64,000 nucleotides of DNA from a bacterium (GCA_965249485.1 CBDFMG010000005.1:1-64000); one strand, 5' to 3'. Positions 42,585 through 53,135 are shown, numbered from the stretch's first letter. Made by a program: numbers and translations. Notes: generated from the letters alone by a model not told the origin.

Positions 42585-42992
42585 TAACTACATATAATTT
42601 CATGACTATTTGATCCAAAAATCAACTAATTGTTTGTTTGTTGTTTGTTTGCAAGGCAATCGAAAAAGAATTTTAAACTTATTTTTAGGCACAAAAAACC
42701 AATGATTTTGCTGATTTATACTACTTTACTTCAAAGTCTTTGTAGTTTAACGTCATTCAACGTTGAACAACGCTAAACTGCAATAACTTGATTGAGAATA
42801 TGCAGTTTAACACTAAACTACATATAATTATTAGATCTGTAGGTGTAAGTTATTCTAAAAATGGTGATTGTTATCCTTCAAACAAAGAAACAACAAACAA
42901 ACAATTTCATGCGTGTTGGTGTTAAACTACAAATTGCAGTTTAGCGTTAAACTACAAATTGCAGTTTAGCGTTAAACTGCATATAATTATAG
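42585..42992. promoter_or_regulatory. putative replication origin or operator region
   Basis: Non-coding; about 9 TAAACT(A/G)CA motifs in both orientations, a 25-bp tandem repeat at 42921-42970, and inverted TTGT/ACAA arms. Confidence 0.6.
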
Positions 42993-43004
42993 ATCGTACT
43001 TAGA

Positions 43005-43460
43005 ATGAACAATAATACTTCTAGAATCAACACAAGTGTAAAAAAAGATATCAAAATTCGTTGGGAACATTTTCTTTTAGCGCACCATCATACAATTAGA
43101 GGCGGATATGGTCCAGAGCTTGGCAGGGCAATGGAGTCATACATGAATCAATTCAGCCAGGTTCCACACAATGATGAGCAGCAGTGTATGAAAATGAACA
43201 AAACAACACGCAATGTGTTAAGACGGATATCAATTGCATTTAGGGAACTTCCAACATATCCTGTTGTTGCACCAATAACTGTTAATGCCGTGATCAAAGA
43301 TAATGTGCCACGAAAAGACAATAGAACTTTTAATGTTTATTTGAAACGTGTGATTCATTATCTCAAACCGCATATTTCAGAGGATGGAGTTGAGAAAAGA
43401 TCTGTTCAGGGGTTTTGTGAATATGTTGACAGATTGTTAGATGAAAATTCTTTGAAATGA
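43005..43460 (+). CDS. putative DNA-binding protein (RHH-like N-terminus)
   Basis: SRINTSVK..RWEHF..HH..RGGYGPELGRAM. Confidence 0.55.
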   Translation: MNNNTSRINTSVKKDIKIRWEHFLLAHHHTIRGGYGPELGRAMESYMNQFSQVPHNDEQQCMKMNKTTRNVLRRISIAFRELPTYPVVAPITVNAVIKDNVPRKDNRTFNVYLKRVIHYLKPHISEDGVEKRSVQGFCEYVDRLLDENSLK

Positions 43461-43474
43461 TATCTGAAAACTAA

Positions 43475-43519
43475 GTGAACTACCACCCAACAAGTACAGC
43501 GGTCTTCCCGCCGTGTGGT
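43475..43519 (-). mobile_element. 45-bp family-A mini-element with a chimeric hairpin
   Basis: Minus strand reads ACCACACGGCGGGAAGACCGCTGTAC-TT-GTTGGGTGGTAGTTCAC. Confidence 0.8.
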
Positions 43520-44590
43520 GAAGAAACGAAACAATTCTACAAGGTAGCCAGACCAGACGGTTTTGATTTTCGCACAAACACGGTGAACTATCACAAAAAC
43601 ATAGGAAAGACAATCTCAAATCCAAAGAAGACAAAATTTACCTTCAGTGACATCTGTGCAGGAATTGGTGGAATGCGTTTGGCATTTGAAAACTTGGGAG
43701 GCGAATGTGTCTTTTCATCTGAATGGGACAAGTTCTGTCAAGAGACATATCGTGAAAACTTTGGAGAAACACCACAGGGAGACATCACAAAAATTCCAAT
43801 CAAAGATATTCCAAAACATGATATATTGCTTGCAGGATTTCCCTGTCAGCCTTTTTCTAAGAGTGGTTTTGCAACAAGAAAATTTCTAAACAAAAAAGAT
43901 GGATTTGGAGATGAAAATCAAGGAAAAATTTTCTTTCGTATTATAAAAATTATTGCTGAAAAAAAACCAAAGTGGATATTTCTTGAAAATGTACCTCGTC
44001 TTATAAAGATGGACAAAGGAAAAACATTTAGAATTATTTTAAGTGAACTTGAAAAATTAGGTTATGATTGTAAATACGAAGTCATTAGTGCAGAAACAGT
44101 AGTACCACAACGAAGAGAAAGGCTCTACATTGTAGCAACAAGAAAAGGAATTGATTTTGAATTTCCAGAAATTCCAGATTTAAAACCGCAATTAAAACAA
44201 ATATTTGAAAAAAATATTGACAGAAAATACATTCTGTCTGACAATACTTGGAACTGGTTGCAAAACCATGCAAAGAAACACTCTGCAATGGGAAACGGTT
44301 TTGGATTTCGTCTTGCCGATCCAAAAAAGACTGCATGTACGCTTAGTGCAAGATATGGCAAAGATGGATCAGAAATTTTGATTCAAAGAAGAAACAGTAA
44401 TCCTAGAAAGCTATCTCCAAGAGAATGTGCAAGACTGATGGGATTTCCAGATCAATTTAAAATCCCAGTCTCAGACACTCAAGCGTACAAACAGTTTGGA
44501 AAATCTGTAGTTGTTCCAATAATCTATTTGATCGGATACAATATGTTGGAACAATCACACCCCCAACAGAAAATTTATTTCAAGAAATAA
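43475..44590 (+). CDS. dcm: chimeric ORF: mini-element, repeat-family N-terminal fragment, then a Dcm/EcoRII-like C5 methyltransferase
   Basis: AGIGG, GFPCQPF, ENV, TLSARYGKDGSEILI, SPRECARLMGF, IPVSDTQAYKQFG; motif X reads GKS rather than GNS. Confidence 0.75.
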   Translation: MNYHPTSTAVFPPCGEETKQFYKVARPDGFDFRTNTVNYHKNIGKTISNPKKTKFTFSDICAGIGGMRLAFENLGGECVFSSEWDKFCQETYRENFGETPQGDITKIPIKDIPKHDILLAGFPCQPFSKSGFATRKFLNKKDGFGDENQGKIFFRIIKIIAEKKPKWIFLENVPRLIKMDKGKTFRIILSELEKLGYDCKYEVISAETVVPQRRERLYIVATRKGIDFEFPEIPDLKPQLKQIFEKNIDRKYILSDNTWNWLQNHAKKHSAMGNGFGFRLADPKKTACTLSARYGKDGSEILIQRRNSNPRKLSPRECARLMGFPDQFKIPVSDTQAYKQFGKSVVVPIIYLIGYNMLEQSHPQQKIYFKK

Positions 44591-44592
44591 TT

Positions 44593-45351
44593 TTGCAAAA
44601 ACTAAACCCATATCAAAGAAGCTCCATGATTCAGTGGTTTCAAAAAATAAAAGACCTGCCAATCCCACAACCAAAAACAGAGATTGTTCAAATTCCACAC
44701 AAAAAATTCATTGAACTAATTGATGGCAATTCTACCCTATCTGAATACAGTGAACAATTCTCACAAATCATGGATTCACTAAAACCATTTCCAATATTTT
44801 TGAGAACTGACAATTCCAGCCAGAAACACTCCTTCAAGAAAACATGCAGACTGCCAAACAAAGAATCGCTGCTTGGTCATATTTTGGAACTAGTTGATTC
44901 TAACATGGCATTAGATCTTGTAGACAATGCCATAGTGTTTAGAAAATGGCTTGACTTGGATGCAGGGTTTGTAGCCTTTAATGGCTTGCCAATCAACGTT
45001 GAGGCAAGACTGTTCATTAATCATGGTATGGTGCAATGCGTTCACCCGTACTGGCCTGAAGATGCGATAGAATCATGGTGGAATAGTAGAAAAACATTTG
45101 AGACCCAATTTGACACAAAACTGCCATTTCAGATAAATGACTCTTGGAAAGAAATTCTCGAATCCCAAAATGATATTGTGTTACAATCTGCATCTATTCT
45201 AGAAAAGTATGCCAAACTAATCATCGATAGGATGGGAAATGACTTTTGGAGTATAGATTTTGCACTGGGTAGAGATGGCAAGTGGTATCTGATAGATTGT
45301 GCTGCAGGTGAGGTGTCATATCATTATCCTAATTGTAAATTTGGAGATTAG
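44593..45351 (+). CDS. putative ATP-grasp-fold protein
   Basis: IFLRTD..S.KH, FRKWL, EARLFI, WSIDF..DGKWYLID. Confidence 0.55.
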   Translation: MQKLNPYQRSSMIQWFQKIKDLPIPQPKTEIVQIPHKKFIELIDGNSTLSEYSEQFSQIMDSLKPFPIFLRTDNSSQKHSFKKTCRLPNKESLLGHILELVDSNMALDLVDNAIVFRKWLDLDAGFVAFNGLPINVEARLFINHGMVQCVHPYWPEDAIESWWNSRKTFETQFDTKLPFQINDSWKEILESQNDIVLQSASILEKYAKLIIDRMGNDFWSIDFALGRDGKWYLIDCAAGEVSYHYPNCKFGD

Positions 45352-45398
45352 ATTATACAAATCAACAACCGGGATAACTGTATATCTAGATTGAACTA

Positions 45399-46253
45399 AT
45401 GAAATGTAGTAAATGTCATAGAGAATCAAATTCTCTAACTGGAGGAATATCAGGCCCAATGTACTGTTCTGATTGTTATGTACCTTTTGAAAAAAGGGAT
45501 GACTTTGATTATGTTGCTACTGGAAAAACTTCTGGTCATGTAAAACTGCCTAACGGAATATGTGGGATTTGTGGAGAATCCACAGTACAACCATACCCTA
45601 CAGGATTATGGATTCACTATCAGGAAGATGCAGATGAAGATGAATATCAAACCTTTGATCATGTTCCAAGACAAGCTAACATCTTGGAACTGTTAATGAT
45701 TAAGAGTGAAGATGAACATAAAAAAAATGGGATCGGGGGGATTGAATGGTATCACTATGATGAAGAAGCAAAAGCAAGTCCATATTGTGTTGAAAGAGGA
45801 GTGATGAAGGATAGACATACTGAATGTCTAATCCATAAAAAATACTGGGCTAAAGAACTAAAACAATCAAAAAAAGATACTGACAAACTAGTAGGAAATC
45901 CTGACGGTGACTATGGTTACAAAAGCACAATTGATGATTTCATCATGTATAGTGAACGAGAAAATACACTGCAATTCAAAGAATTCATTACAAACAACAA
46001 AATTAAAAAATTACCTCAAAATCCACCGGTCCCAATTACTCATTATGAATTCTATATTATCAAAGGCATAAGGCATCCTGAATCAATATTGGTAAAAAAA
46101 TTAAAAGAATCTAACTTGGATTCAACTATTGAGGAAGGCGAACCATTCAGAGTAGATGGTAAAACATACTACATATCTAGTATTAATGATCGTCATAGGC
46201 ATAAGTCCAAAACCAAGAATTTGATTCAGGTTCACTTGAAGACACAAAAATGA
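45399..46253 (+). CDS. hypothetical protein with N-terminal CxxC motifs
   Basis: 284-aa ORF. Confidence 0.55.
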   Translation: MKCSKCHRESNSLTGGISGPMYCSDCYVPFEKRDDFDYVATGKTSGHVKLPNGICGICGESTVQPYPTGLWIHYQEDADEDEYQTFDHVPRQANILELLMIKSEDEHKKNGIGGIEWYHYDEEAKASPYCVERGVMKDRHTECLIHKKYWAKELKQSKKDTDKLVGNPDGDYGYKSTIDDFIMYSERENTLQFKEFITNNKIKKLPQNPPVPITHYEFYIIKGIRHPESILVKKLKESNLDSTIEEGEPFRVDGKTYYISSINDRHRHKSKTKNLIQVHLKTQK

Positions 46254-46432
46254 AATAATCAGCAGAAATTACAATGAAGATTGACCTTCACCATGGTTCT
46301 GGTGCAAAATAGTGATCGAGATCACCAAAATGCACCAGCAGGGTCTGACACATTATCTCATATCATAATTTCTGAACAAACTTGTCTCAAAACTATAAAA
46401 TCTCAATTTAGAGAAGATCCATATTTCATGTT

Positions 46433-46657
46433 TTGTATAGCAGATCACTAGAATGCACCAGAACCTGGCTAAGTGGAAAAAAGGTCAAAAAGAGTTCCCC
46501 TGTAAGTCCTTCTTATGATGATAGACGTGGCTGTATGATAGTGGTTCCAAAGCCGATAGTTGAAGCGTTAAAATCACCTGAAAAAACTGTGTTTAAGATC
46601 AGTGGTTCTAAAATCAATGTTACTGCTGGAGGAGGAGGAAGGATAAAAAATGGGTAG
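46433..46657 (+). CDS. possible AbrB-like small regulator (start uncertain)
   Basis: CMIVVPKPIVEAL..PEKTVFKI pattern. Confidence 0.4.
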   Translation: MYSRSLECTRTWLSGKKVKKSSPVSPSYDDRRGCMIVVPKPIVEALKSPEKTVFKISGSKINVTAGGGGRIKNG

Positions 46658-47207
46658 TAAAATACCAAAATACAAAACAATAGTTATTGATCCTCCATGG
46701 AGAATTACAACAACAGGTCCAAATTCCAAACCTTGTCATGGTACACTCAAAAGGCGGTTATCTTACAAAACAATGTCAGATCGGGAAATAGCAGAATTTC
46801 CGATTGATGATTTTGCACACAAAAATTGTAATTTATTTTTATGGACAACACACAAAAAATTGCCTTTTGCTTTGGAAATCATAAAAAATTGGGGATTTAA
46901 GCATTATTGTGTATTTACATGGATAAAAAATTCTGGCATTACTATGCAAGGCGTATTTAGAAATAGTGAGTTTGCAGTGTTTGGATATAGGGGAGAGTTC
47001 AACATTCCGTTTACAGGCAAAGCTATGCCAACAGCCTTTAAAGCAAAGACAGGCATCCATTCAGAAAAACCATCAGAATTTTATGAAATTATCAGAAGCA
47101 AGACACAAGCTCCAAGAATAGATATTTTTGCACGAAGGCAACATCATGGTTTTGCAGCATGGGGAGACGAAGTAGAGATGCAAGCTCAATCAATTTTAAC
47201 TAAATGA
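46650..47207 (+). CDS. MT-A70-family adenine methyltransferase
   Basis: IDPPW, LFLWTT, HSEKP, IDIFARR, WGDE. Confidence 0.9.
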   Translation: MGSKIPKYKTIVIDPPWRITTTGPNSKPCHGTLKRRLSYKTMSDREIAEFPIDDFAHKNCNLFLWTTHKKLPFALEIIKNWGFKHYCVFTWIKNSGITMQGVFRNSEFAVFGYRGEFNIPFTGKAMPTAFKAKTGIHSEKPSEFYEIIRSKTQAPRIDIFARRQHHGFAAWGDEVEMQAQSILTK

Positions 47208-47626
47208 GACTTGGGCATAACTAATTCTCATTTTTAATCAGTTTCTCAAATTATTGCAATCAAAAAAGCTAAGGATCTCATCATGTTTTATTCATTGCAA
47301 CATGAGCAAACAAGTGAGAATCCCCTGCAGCGCCATACTAGACCTCTTGCGTAATTACCAACAAAGCGTGTCGTCTAATCGAGTTAATTCATCGTCGTCA
47401 TGGAATCACAACAAAATCCTCTTTCCACCGTATCCTGAAATTGACCAGGCCGCATATGATGTCGCTGATGCAGTCATAACGGCGCAGCCTGTTCCTGAAT
47501 CTATTTTCTCAAACATTCACTCATTTTACCAAGAACTGTCTAAAATATTGTATCTGACATTTTTGTCTTTTCAACATTTGATTTGAGCATTTTAGAATCA
47601 TGTCATTAATTTAAAATTACAACAAA

Positions 47627-48076
47627 ATGAAAATTCTTCAAGTTCCTGTACTATTTTGTTTTAGATGTGAAACTACGTTCACTCCACGTATTGATCCCAA
47701 TGATGAGTGTGTGACTATACCAAAAGCATGTCCCAAACGAGATTGTCGTTCACAAACATGGAATATACCTGATGACGAACTAAATATTATTCGTCAAACC
47801 CAAAATAATAATTTGCTTTTAGGTCCAGGATATCGTAAAATAATGAAGAAAAGCGTTCCAGTACTGGGCAAGTACAAACCAAAAAAATCAGAAAAAACAC
47901 CATTAGTTGTATGTATTGATTGTGAATTATTCTTCCATGACGAATCTGGTTTGAAAAGACACCGACATAGAAGACATCATGGAATGTGTATGAAATGCCA
48001 CTCCAGTAACGTGTATGTGATGAGAGTAAATGATACTACAATTTGCAGAACTTGCAATGTTGTCAAAGAGCAATGA
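47627..48076 (+). CDS. multi-Zn-finger protein
   Basis: CFRC, CPKRDC, C2H2-like CIDC..F....LKRH..RH. Confidence 0.6.
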   Translation: MKILQVPVLFCFRCETTFTPRIDPNDECVTIPKACPKRDCRSQTWNIPDDELNIIRQTQNNNLLLGPGYRKIMKKSVPVLGKYKPKKSEKTPLVVCIDCELFFHDESGLKRHRHRRHHGMCMKCHSSNVYVMRVNDTTICRTCNVVKEQ

Positions 48077-48084
48077 GGATTATA

Positions 48085-48129
48085 ACCACACGGCAAGAAG
48101 GCCGCCGTACAAGTACGGTGGCGGTTCAC
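48085..48129 (+). mobile_element. 45-bp family-A mini-element
   Basis: TTATA|ACCACACGGCAAGAAGGCCGCCGTACAAGTACGGTGGCGGTTCAC. Confidence 0.85.
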
Positions 48130-48270
48130 ATTTTAAAGAAGATGTTAATTTGGATGAATCAATACAATCACAATTTTGTATTTCACCTAGAGGCGATTCA
48201 ATTATTCATACATACATAAACGTACATACATATAAATATCATATCTTCGCATAATATACTGAAGGGTATA

Positions 48271-48684
48271 ATGGCATTACAATCACAGTATCGGGAACCT
48301 CATATAGTACCTGAATTATGGTGGTGGATTAATAGGGTTGAGAGAAAAACACCAGCATTTGTGCCAGTTGCAGACAGGTATTGTAAACCGTTGATTAAAA
48401 AATTAAAAAGAGTCATGCCATTACTAAAAAAATACGGTAAAGATTCAGATCAATTCCTTTTTGAAGATGAGCGTGGATGGGTTGAATCATTGGAAGATAA
48501 ACTACTAAAAGAACCTCATATGCGTATAATGAAATTTGATTTTGTAAAAGGCGTTATTCACAAAAATCTTATCCTGAGGTCACATGAATTGAAGAGACCT
48601 GAGTTTTGGAATTACAGACCACCATATTATATCACTGGTCGGGATGATGTACTGAGAGATTCAAGGACAGGAAAGAAAGTATGA
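48271..48684 (+). CDS. hypothetical protein
   Basis: 137-aa ORF with a TATA-like TATAAATA upstream. Confidence 0.55.
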   Translation: MALQSQYREPHIVPELWWWINRVERKTPAFVPVADRYCKPLIKKLKRVMPLLKKYGKDSDQFLFEDERGWVESLEDKLLKEPHMRIMKFDFVKGVIHKNLILRSHELKRPEFWNYRPPYYITGRDDVLRDSRTGKKV

Positions 48685-48995
48685 ACGAAGGACAAAATGA
48701 TCAAGATGTTGGGAGAGAGTTAGATTATATTTTGGAGAAAAGCAAAAAGCATAATCCTACACTGAGAAATTTTGTCCAAGTTGAGAAATTAATATTTGAA
48801 AACAAAGAGTTTGAAACCAAACGAGAACTATATAATCTATTGCCCAAAGGAATGCAGTACCCAACATTTAATTTCATTTTGGATGTTTTAGAAAAGCAAA
48901 ACAAAATCATGTTTGACAAAGACGGTTCTTTTTTTTGGCTTGGACCTGCAAGCCAAAAATTAGAGAAGAGCGTAAAAACCTCAAAACAGTATTAG
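48681..48995 (+). CDS. putative winged-helix protein
   Basis: TKRELYNLLPKGMQYPTFNFILDVLEKQNKI.FDKDG. Confidence 0.5.
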   Translation: MNEGQNDQDVGRELDYILEKSKKHNPTLRNFVQVEKLIFENKEFETKRELYNLLPKGMQYPTFNFILDVLEKQNKIMFDKDGSFFWLGPASQKLEKSVKTSKQY

Positions 48996-49065
48996 GTGTT
49001 TTGAAAATTCATCTAGTTCTGACCAAAGCATATTGGCATAATATTTTAAGGGGCGCTAAAAAGTA

Positions 49066-50421
49066 TTGAATATAGCCAAAAAGAAATTTCTCATTGTTGG
49101 AAGCGGAGGGCGTGAAAGTGCTTTTGCATCACAACTCATGAAAGACACACAGTTGTATGCTGTCATTCATCACAAAAATCCATTCATCATAGATTGTGTG
49201 GCACGATCAGGCGGAAAATGTTTTGTCGGTGATGCCAATGATCCGCAAGTGGTTCTGAACTTTGCAAAAGAGAACAACATAGATTATGCTTTTGTGAGTG
49301 CAGACCAACCACTAGCTAATGGCGTTGTAGACATTCTGCTGGAAAATAATTTTAAAGCCATTGGAGGGACAAAAGAGGCAACACGCATTGAATGGGATAA
49401 AATCTATTCGATACAAATGATGAAAAAAGTGTGTCCCGAATTCACGCCTTTTTACAGAGTTGTCTCATCAGTTGGAGAATTAAAAGATGCGATGGAATCA
49501 TTTGAATTTAGAGAACTTGATGTAGTGGTAAAACCTCAAGGGCTTACAGGCGGCAAGGGTGTAAAGGTAATGCCTGAGCATCTATCAACATACCATGATT
49601 GTATTGACTATGCCGCCCTTCTTCTCAAAAATCGTAACGAAAAAGTCCTGTTGGTGGAAAAACTGCAAGGCATAGAGTTTACCATTATGGGAATCACAGA
49701 TGGTGAGAATCTCGTGGTCTCTCCAGCAAGTTACGACTATCCGTTTCGACATGAAGATGATGAAGGTGCAGGAACTGGCGGCATGGGATGCTTTACAAAT
49801 TCGGAGAAAAAACTGCCGTTCATGAGCGATAAGGACTTGGATGACTGCAAATCCATAATGAAAAAGATCATTGATGAGATGAAATCAAGAGGTCTCTTTT
49901 TCAATGGCGTTCTTAATGGTGGATTCTTCAAAACAAAAAACGGCATAAAGTTCATGGAGTTTAACGGGCGCTTTGGCGATCCTGAGGGATTAAACATTCT
50001 CAGCATCATTGAAGGTTCTTTTTCCGAACTGCTAATTCACCTTTGGAACAAGACACTGTCGGAAGGAACAGTCTCTTTTGTAAAAAAAGCAAGCGTTGTA
50101 AAGTATTTGGTAGCACATGAATATCCAGAACAAAGTGACAAGGTAATTTCTTTTACAATTAATGAAAAGGAAATTAATGATCTGGGTGTAAAAATATTCT
50201 TTGCCTCTTGTGTAAAAACAGGGGAACGACAATATGAAACCCTGAAAAAATCACGGGTAGTTGCATTTAGTGCAGTTTCGGACGACATAGAAGCGGCATC
50301 ATTGCTCGTAAACGAGGCAATTGACACACATGTCAAGGGTGTATTGGAATACAGACATGACATTGGTTCTCAAAAGAGCTTGGAAAAACTGCAAAGAACC
50401 AACACTGAATTAACCACGTGA
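49066..50421 (+). CDS. purD: phosphoribosylamine-glycine ligase
   Basis: VGSGGRE, VVKPQGLTGGKGV, GTGGMG, EFNGRFGDPE, YRHDIG. Confidence 0.85.
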   Translation: MNIAKKKFLIVGSGGRESAFASQLMKDTQLYAVIHHKNPFIIDCVARSGGKCFVGDANDPQVVLNFAKENNIDYAFVSADQPLANGVVDILLENNFKAIGGTKEATRIEWDKIYSIQMMKKVCPEFTPFYRVVSSVGELKDAMESFEFRELDVVVKPQGLTGGKGVKVMPEHLSTYHDCIDYAALLLKNRNEKVLLVEKLQGIEFTIMGITDGENLVVSPASYDYPFRHEDDEGAGTGGMGCFTNSEKKLPFMSDKDLDDCKSIMKKIIDEMKSRGLFFNGVLNGGFFKTKNGIKFMEFNGRFGDPEGLNILSIIEGSFSELLIHLWNKTLSEGTVSFVKKASVVKYLVAHEYPEQSDKVISFTINEKEINDLGVKIFFASCVKTGERQYETLKKSRVVAFSAVSDDIEAASLLVNEAIDTHVKGVLEYRHDIGSQKSLEKLQRTNTELTT

Positions 50422-50430
50422 GTAATATGC

Positions 50431-50772
50431 ATGGATTTTAGCAAACCATTCATTCCAGAAGACAATGCCGTAATTCTTCTGAAACAATCATTCGTAAGAG
50501 AGCGTGAATGTGATTCCGTCCTGTCTGAAATACCTGATGATTTTTACCAGAAATTATCCGTTGACATGAAAAAACTGGAAGGAAAATCACTGCGAGACAC
50601 ACATGTGCTGTTTGATGAGTTTGTAAGGATGAGGCATTCCAAGATTGTACGATTTGCATCAGTCATGAAATTGAACAGTTCCATTGAAAAGAGCATGTCT
50701 GATGAGGAGAAAAATTTCTACGAGCTGGTGAATCTGTCTAGTGAATTCTTTTTGAAGAAAATTAATTCTTAA
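50431..50772 (+). CDS. GINS A-domain-like replication factor
   Basis: LSEIPDDFY...RHSKIVRFA...MSDEEKNFY pattern of archaeal GINS. Confidence 0.6.
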   Translation: MDFSKPFIPEDNAVILLKQSFVRERECDSVLSEIPDDFYQKLSVDMKKLEGKSLRDTHVLFDEFVRMRHSKIVRFASVMKLNSSIEKSMSDEEKNFYELVNLSSEFFLKKINS

Positions 50773-50782
50773 AATTCATAAA

Positions 50783-51190
50783 ATGAAAGTTGCAATAGTT
50801 GGAACAACATCAAACTTTTCAGAAAACCAACAAATAGACATGAGGCAGTACATCTCCCTGGTGCTCAAAAGATATTCTTCTGATACTGTGATGATTAGTG
50901 GTGGCGCTCAAGGTGTTGATGAAATAGCGATAGAAATTGCCAAAAATATTGGATTTGAAGCAAAGGTGTACAAACCAGAAAAAGAAGAATGGAGATATTA
51001 TAAAAAAAGGAACTTGCAAATTGCCAATGATTGTGATGAATTGCACTGTTTTTCAATACCTGTCAAAACCAAGAAATGCTATCATCATGACACTCCACAA
51101 GAACATGAAAAGACCGCTGGGTGTTGGACTGCATGTAAAGTATCTGAGATGAACAAACCATGCCAATTAGTAGTAATCCCAAACAGATGA
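50783..51190 (+). CDS. SLOG-superfamily (YspA/DprA-like) protein
   Basis: MKVAIVG, ISGGAQGVD, RNLQIA. Confidence 0.65.
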   Translation: MKVAIVGTTSNFSENQQIDMRQYISLVLKRYSSDTVMISGGAQGVDEIAIEIAKNIGFEAKVYKPEKEEWRYYKKRNLQIANDCDELHCFSIPVKTKKCYHHDTPQEHEKTAGCWTACKVSEMNKPCQLVVIPNR

Positions 51191-51429
51191 TTACGAGTTA
51201 CGTTTTATCTAAGATTGGGATGGTTATTTTCTAAGATGCCTGACTGGATTATAATTGAGACAAAATTTCCAAACGAATGTGTACTGTGCAGTGAACAGAT
51301 TGATGATGGCTCCACGGCATACTGGAAAAAAGGAACTGGTTTGAAACACTATCCTGAATGCATTACAGGATTCACTGAAGACAAATCAGAACTACGAATA
51401 ATAGATGGTGATTTTGAGGATTATCTGAA

Positions 51430-53085
51430 ATGACATTTTTAGATGATTTCCCACAAAAATACACCCCGAGAGAGACACAGAAGCAAGTAATTAATGATAT
51501 AGAATCTGCTATTTCATCAGGATACAAGAATATCCTACTTTGTGTTCCAACAGGTGTTGGGAAATCTCACATTGCCATCACTGTTGCAAAGTCTTTGGGA
51601 ACATCATTTATCATAACAGCCCAAAAGATACTGCAGGATCAGTACACAAACGACTTTAATTTCATTTATCCCATGAAGGGTAAACCAAACTTTCCATGTA
51701 TGGATATGTATGATGTAAAAAAAATTCCATATGAGAAGGCAAGAAATGATAGTACAATTTCATGTAATCTTGGAAACTGCTCATGGGAAGAAACTATTGA
51801 AGGCAAGAAAAAAACTGAATACTGCAAATTCAAGCCAAAACTAGAATCATTTCCAAGATATAATGTGGGAACAGAAGATGAAAGGATTGGAGAGCCTGAC
51901 GATACGACATGCTATTACTACAATCAAAAATACCAGTCCCTTTTGGCAACACATGCCCTGTTCAACTATTCGTCATACTTTCAAACAAGACTATACAATC
52001 AGGGAATAGGACCACTCCTGGAACGAGACTGTCTTATAGCTGATGAGGCACACGAGATTGAAGACCAGATAATAGGCTACATTGGATTTGACATTAGGCC
52101 CAGATTTTTAGAAGATGTAAGAATGGATTTTGCAGACTATACAACAAATACAGTTGATGGAGTTTTAGAATTGCTAGAGATACTTGGCAATGAATACACC
52201 AAGGAAGTTAGGCGTTTGGAGAATCAAGGCGACAAGCGAGCCCAAACATTCAGAAAGAGAAGAGACAAGATTGATGATGCATATTATGAATTCAAAGACA
52301 ATTCAGACAATTTTGTAATTCAAGAAACCAACCAATCTGGCAAAATTATGTTAGTATCAATTAAGCCAATTGAGATAGGAAGGTATGTTGGTAAATTCTT
52401 TGACAGGCCACACCAAATCTTCATGAGTGCAACAATTAACAAGCAGATATTTTGCAGGACGATGTCAATTCCAGAGTCAGACTGTGCATTTATCGAGGTG
52501 GAGAGATCACCATTTCCAGCAAGTAACAGAAAAATAGTTTTTCATAATGTTCGGAAATTAAACTACCGCTCCACTGATGATGATTATCGTGCAGTGTTTG
52601 AAAAGATAGGAGAAATTCTAAAATCTCATTTACATGAAAAGGGATTAATCCTCACCACAACAAAAAAGCAATGCCAGGACATCTCTAATCATCTTGGTGA
52701 TAGAATAGTAATTGCCCATGAAGGTGTAGAAGGAAAACGTGAGAAAATACTGGAATACCACAAAAAAACTAACGACCCTGACGTGCTGACATCGCCATCA
52801 TTCTGGTATGGAATAGACCTCAAGGGGGATCTGTCTCGATTCCAGGTTATTCTGAAGGCGCCATATCCATCTATGGCAGACAAACGAACCAAGATGAAGT
52901 CAGAGCGTGATCCTTTGTGGTACCAAAACAAGGCATTGGAGAAATTACTGCAGGGATTTGGACGCTCCATTAGAAACGAGAATGACTATGCCATCACTCA
53001 CGTGCTAGATGAGGCTGTTATTTTACTGCTGAATAGGATGAAGAGATTTGTGCCAAAGGCATATCATGATTCGCTTGGCTGGTAG
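51430..53085 (+). CDS. XPD/Rad3/DinG-family SF2 helicase
   Basis: PRETQ, PTGVGKS, DEAH, MSAT, GIDL, QGFGRSIR. Confidence 0.9.
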   Translation: MTFLDDFPQKYTPRETQKQVINDIESAISSGYKNILLCVPTGVGKSHIAITVAKSLGTSFIITAQKILQDQYTNDFNFIYPMKGKPNFPCMDMYDVKKIPYEKARNDSTISCNLGNCSWEETIEGKKKTEYCKFKPKLESFPRYNVGTEDERIGEPDDTTCYYYNQKYQSLLATHALFNYSSYFQTRLYNQGIGPLLERDCLIADEAHEIEDQIIGYIGFDIRPRFLEDVRMDFADYTTNTVDGVLELLEILGNEYTKEVRRLENQGDKRAQTFRKRRDKIDDAYYEFKDNSDNFVIQETNQSGKIMLVSIKPIEIGRYVGKFFDRPHQIFMSATINKQIFCRTMSIPESDCAFIEVERSPFPASNRKIVFHNVRKLNYRSTDDDYRAVFEKIGEILKSHLHEKGLILTTTKKQCQDISNHLGDRIVIAHEGVEGKREKILEYHKKTNDPDVLTSPSFWYGIDLKGDLSRFQVILKAPYPSMADKRTKMKSERDPLWYQNKALEKLLQGFGRSIRNENDYAITHVLDEAVILLLNRMKRFVPKAYHDSLGW

Positions 53086-53135
53086 TTCACGATTAATTCT
53101 ATACAGCAATGATGAACATGAAAAGAGCAGATGTT
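53080..53135 (+). repeat. family-A RE tip plus a copy of the flank found at ~60990-61043 (minus strand)
   Basis: TGGTAGTTCACGATTAA..TATACAGCAATGATGAACATGAAAAGA. Confidence 0.7.

Noticed and set aside
47254..47586. 110-aa ORF
   Set aside because: Non-ATG start, atypical composition and no motif.
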